Shown: positions 60,738 to 64,000 of the stretch, piece by piece
Position numbering within the stretch: position 1 is the first letter of the stretch
Layout of the letters: every line of letters starts with the position of its first letter
From: Candidatus Babeliales bacterium
GTDB taxonomy: Bacteria; Babelota; Babeliae; Babelales; JANWKD01
Length of the DNA: 64,000 bases
Assembly (NCBI GenBank): GCA_963722255.1
Contig: CAVRJO010000001.1
Span: forward strand, 192,001 to 256,000
Direction: 5' to 3'
Notes under the pieces: generated by a model
Told to the model about the DNA's origin: nothing
The model's database searches: none
The model's input: the letters and a program-made list of their open reading frames with translations, nothing else
Program-made: the position numbers and the translations under genes

Positions 60738-60771
60738 TAGGGAAGACCTCTTGTCTTCCCTATTTTTTTTG
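60738..60771 (+). terminator. Terminator after lipoprotein gene, overlapping cmk stop
   Basis: TAGGGAAGAC / GTCTTCCCTA then T-run. Confidence 0.75.
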
Positions 60772-61446
60772 TTTTTCATTAACAATTTCAAGCAATTTTT
60801 GCAATGTCTGCTCTAATGAAAGACTCGAATTATCAATAACTATATCATCGGCATGGATATGCAAAGGCGCATCTATTCTATTACTGTCTCTATCATCTCG
60901 TTCTCTAATAATTTTTACAGCTTCTTCAAACGTTGCTGCATTACTAGTATGATTCTTACGTTCTTTAAGCCATCGTAATGCACGAACTTCAGGACGCGCT
61001 GTCAAAAAAAATTTTATATCAGCCTGAGGAAAAACAACTGAACCTGCATCCCTGCCTTCAGCAATAGTATCATAATCATTAGCTAAAGTTCGTTGCAAAT
61101 TTAATAAAAACAGTCGTGCTTGTTTATTTTCTCCAACAAGTGATGCCGCCTTATCTATTAAAGGATCTTTTAAAAAAGCAGTAACATCAACATCATTAAT
61201 AAACATTGCCATCGTACCACGCTCTATATCATACGTATATCGCAATGCTTCAAGACATTTTTGACGCTTCTGGATATCACATCCGCGTAATAGTTGTAAG
61301 GGAACTTCTGCATTATGCAGCAAGCAGTAGCCCAATGCGCGGTATAACATTCCGCTATTTAAATAGTAGTAGTGTAATTTTTGTGCAAGCGCGCGAGCAG
61401 CAGTTGATTTTCCACTGGCTGCCGGGCCATCAATAGTTATAATCAT
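60760..61446 (-). CDS. cmk: Cytidylate kinase
   Basis: ITIDGPAASGKST, SGMLYRA, EGRD.GSVVFP.A..KFFLTA, RD.RD..R..APL. Confidence 0.96.
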   Translation of the reverse strand: MIITIDGPAASGKSTAARALAQKLHYYYLNSGMLYRALGYCLLHNAEVPLQLLRGCDIQKRQKCLEALRYTYDIERGTMAMFINDVDVTAFLKDPLIDKAASLVGENKQARLFLLNLQRTLANDYDTIAEGRDAGSVVFPQADIKFFLTARPEVRALRWLKERKNHTSNAATFEEAVKIIRERDDRDSNRIDAPLHIHADDIVIDNSSLSLEQTLQKLLEIVNEKQKK

Positions 61447-61455
61447 ACTGCTTCC

Positions 61456-63177
61456 TTATAGTGCAATATCATATCCTAAAAGTTCAAGACTCGTTTTATT
61501 ATTCCAATGATTTTGAGTCACTTGTACAGCAACATCAAATGGCTGATCACCATGCGCAAGCAGAAGCTCAAAAAGCTCCGGTCTATTAAAAAAGACCAAG
61601 GGCTTGATAATCCCTTCTGAAAAAACTGAACATTTAACATGAGCATCTTTCATTAAAATCGGTGCCTTCAGCACAACGACATTTTTCAGATAAAAAAGTG
61701 GTTGGCTATTTTCATTACCAAAAGGCTGTAAATATTCAAGATCATGCATAAATTTATCAGTAACATCTGAAAGCTTTATTTCAGCGTCTAACGTAACTTT
61801 CTGTTTTAAATCTTCAGGTGTAATAAGCGTTAGAAGACGCTTTTCAAGCCGTTCTTTTAACGCAGAAATATTGGCCGTCGGAAGCGCAAGACCTGCTGCC
61901 ACCGAATGACCACCAAACGTATTTAAGAGATCACGAGAATCATGCAAAGCATCAAACATGTTAAATTCTACTATTGAACGACATGATCCTTTTGCTATCC
62001 CTTCTTTCGTAAGATGTAAAAGTATCGTCGGCTTTCCATAAGCACCCACTACGCGTGATGCAACCAATCCAATGACTCCGGGTGGCCATGTATGACTTGC
62101 TGCAACAATAATATTCTCTTTGGTTATATCAATGGCTCCACTATCAATTTCACGCTTTACATCAGCAAAAATGGAGCGTTCAATTTCTTTGCGTGCTTGA
62201 TTGAGTTCATACAATGTTTTGCCAACCCGATCAACGTCAGCCATATCAGAACCAATCAAAAATCGTACACCTTCTCGTGCATCTTCCAATCTTCCTAATG
62301 CATTAATCTGCGGTACTATTGAAAAGCCGATATCGGTTGAAGAAAGCAATGGCTTTATAACCCCACCATTCTGCTTTAAAACTTTCAGTGAATAACTTTC
62401 AAAGCCATTGACATACTGCAATCCATGCCGCACCCAAAAACGATTTTCTCCTGTTAAAGGAACAACATCGGCAACCGTTCCTAGAAGTAAAAGCTCATAA
62501 GCCTTTTTAGGAATTTCTAAGCCAAGTTTTTCATAAAGCAGTGTAATAATTTTGAAAATAACACCAACGCCGGCAAACTTTTTATAGGGATACGGACAAT
62601 CATGTTGATGAGGGTTTACCAGTGCAAACGCTTCAGGAACATGATCATGCGGCCTATGGTGATCAGTAATAATGAGGTCAATGCCCAGCTCTTTTGCCTT
62701 TAAGGCAGGCTCAAAGGCCGTTATGCCATTATCAACCGTAACAATAATTTTATACTTATTTTGTGCTGCTCGTTGAACAACTTTTACGGAAAGGCCATAC
62801 CCATCACGAACACGATGTGGCAAAAAGAAGTTCACATCCGCGCCCAGAGGCATCAAACAGATCATCATCAAGGCTGATGATGTTATGCCATCCACATCAT
62901 AGTCACCGGCAATAAGAATTTTTTCTTTATGTTTTATTGCATATAACATACGATCAACGGCTTTTTCAGCATCTTTAAGCAGCGAAGGATGTGCGACTTC
63001 TTTTTCATATGAGCTGAAAAGAAAGGCATTAATAGCATCTTTTGTACTAAACCCTCGCGCCAGTACCGTTTGAGCAATAGGTAATGAAAGGTTATAGGTT
63101 GATGCAAGGTCAAGTACTGCTTGATGATCAACTGATGCTAATTTCCACAGATATTTTTTGCCTTGAACTGTTTTCAT
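61456..63177 (-). CDS. recJ: ssDNA-specific exonuclease RecJ
   Basis: GDYDVDG, RDGYGL, TVDNG, TDHH, GTVADVV, GSCRS, FGGH..AAG. Confidence 0.96.
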   Translation of the reverse strand: MKTVQGKKYLWKLASVDHQAVLDLASTYNLSLPIAQTVLARGFSTKDAINAFLFSSYEKEVAHPSLLKDAEKAVDRMLYAIKHKEKILIAGDYDVDGITSSALMMICLMPLGADVNFFLPHRVRDGYGLSVKVVQRAAQNKYKIIVTVDNGITAFEPALKAKELGIDLIITDHHRPHDHVPEAFALVNPHQHDCPYPYKKFAGVGVIFKIITLLYEKLGLEIPKKAYELLLLGTVADVVPLTGENRFWVRHGLQYVNGFESYSLKVLKQNGGVIKPLLSSTDIGFSIVPQINALGRLEDAREGVRFLIGSDMADVDRVGKTLYELNQARKEIERSIFADVKREIDSGAIDITKENIIVAASHTWPPGVIGLVASRVVGAYGKPTILLHLTKEGIAKGSCRSIVEFNMFDALHDSRDLLNTFGGHSVAAGLALPTANISALKERLEKRLLTLITPEDLKQKVTLDAEIKLSDVTDKFMHDLEYLQPFGNENSQPLFYLKNVVVLKAPILMKDAHVKCSVFSEGIIKPLVFFNRPELFELLLAHGDQPFDVAVQVTQNHWNNKTSLELLGYDIAL

Positions 63178-63382
63178 GAATGCACATTCCGATACTTATT
63201 TTAAAAATAATACGTTGTTTAGTATGACATTATTTGATTTTTTTTATAGAGCATGAGAAAACAATTAGAGGAAAAAAACTCAAAAATATTTATTAAGTAT
63301 AATAACGTTGTAATCAATTTTGCTTTATACTTGCTATTTTGTTAATCTTTAAATATTCATTTATAATAATAAGAAATTAAAA

Positions 63383-64000
63383 ATGTTTTACAATATTATT
63401 TCATATTTGAAACCAACAATAATACGTTTTATATTACTCACCTTTATCATGCCAATGAGCATATATGCCATGGAACAAAGCTCAGAAGAATCCTTTTTTG
63501 ATTCTGTTCCACAAGAAATTAAACAACACATGGTTCTTTTTGGTATTTATGCCTGCAAAAATCTGAAAGAAGTAGCTTCACTAGTAAATACATTAAAGCT
63601 AATCAGCTGGGAATGGAATACCAATGTTGAAGATCCTCTTATTGTGCATGACGTTGTACAAGACTTACACAAAAGATTTGAAATTGAGATATTAGATGCT
63701 CATTACATCTTCCATACAAAGGCAGCACAAAAAAAATTGCAAACAAAAATGGAATTGATCACAAAATATGCTTTTTTACATCATAATAATTTATTACGTC
63801 AAAATGGTGGTATAAAAAGTTTACCTGTTGGAACTTCACTAACATATATTGCCTTAACACTAGCATATAAAAATTTGCACCCACAAAAAAAAGAGAATCC
63901 AAATTTATATAACACTTTAGAAGATACTTATACCATAACAACAAAGGCAAATCTTATCGATGTTATTGTTGATGCTTATGGTGCTGATAAAACTGGAGGC
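63383..64000 (+). CDS. Secreted protein with F-box-like N-terminal motif, runs off right edge
   Basis: Manual translation: MFYNII...SIYAMEQSSEESFFDSVPQEIKQHMVLF...LKLISWEWN; open to window end. Confidence 0.7.
   Translation, partial: MFYNIISYLKPTIIRFILLTFIMPMSIYAMEQSSEESFFDSVPQEIKQHMVLFGIYACKNLKEVASLVNTLKLISWEWNTNVEDPLIVHDVVQDLHKRFEIEILDAHYIFHTKAAQKKLQTKMELITKYAFLHHNNLLRQNGGIKSLPVGTSLTYIALTLAYKNLHPQKKENPNLYNTLEDTYTITTKANLIDVIVDAYGADKTGG

Noticed and set aside
817..63950. Numerous 60-150 aa ORFs overlapping longer genes
   Set aside because: Antisense or alternate-frame shadows of well-supported CDSs
1..64000. CRISPR array, prophage or defence system
   Set aside because: No regularly spaced repeat-spacer array, cas, integrase or phage structural genes recognised

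Overview
AT-rich bacterial chromosome segment. The tandem NTP/NDP (TLC/Npt) translocases, many signal-peptide proteins with eukaryote-like Skp1/BTB-WD40 and F-box motifs, ATP-dependent DNA ligase and Tol cluster suggest an intracellular parasite of protists, most likely Ca. Dependentiae/Babelota (inference). Housekeeping genes (gatCA, rsmG, plsY, lepA, rpsT, rpmB, tolQRAB, cca, dsbD, hpf, der, dnaX, ffs, tRNA-Ser, rpsB, lon, cmk, recJ) are interspersed with secreted putative effectors and one decayed IS630. Main observations: (1) an unannotated, highly nested ~500-nt structured element between the Npt genes and lon (56891-57388), a candidate large ncRNA; (2) two FtsH paralogues that each carry two tandem AAA+ modules before the M41 protease; (3) a Tyr/Phe-rich leader-peptide attenuator upstream of a putative aromatic amino acid ABC transporter; (4) a shared signal peptide + Met-Asp/Glu motif on unrelated secreted proteins; (5) a LepA with mitochondrial GUF1-like signatures; (6) an NlpC/P60 protein lacking its catalytic residues. 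All calls are by-eye motif recognition; no searches were run.
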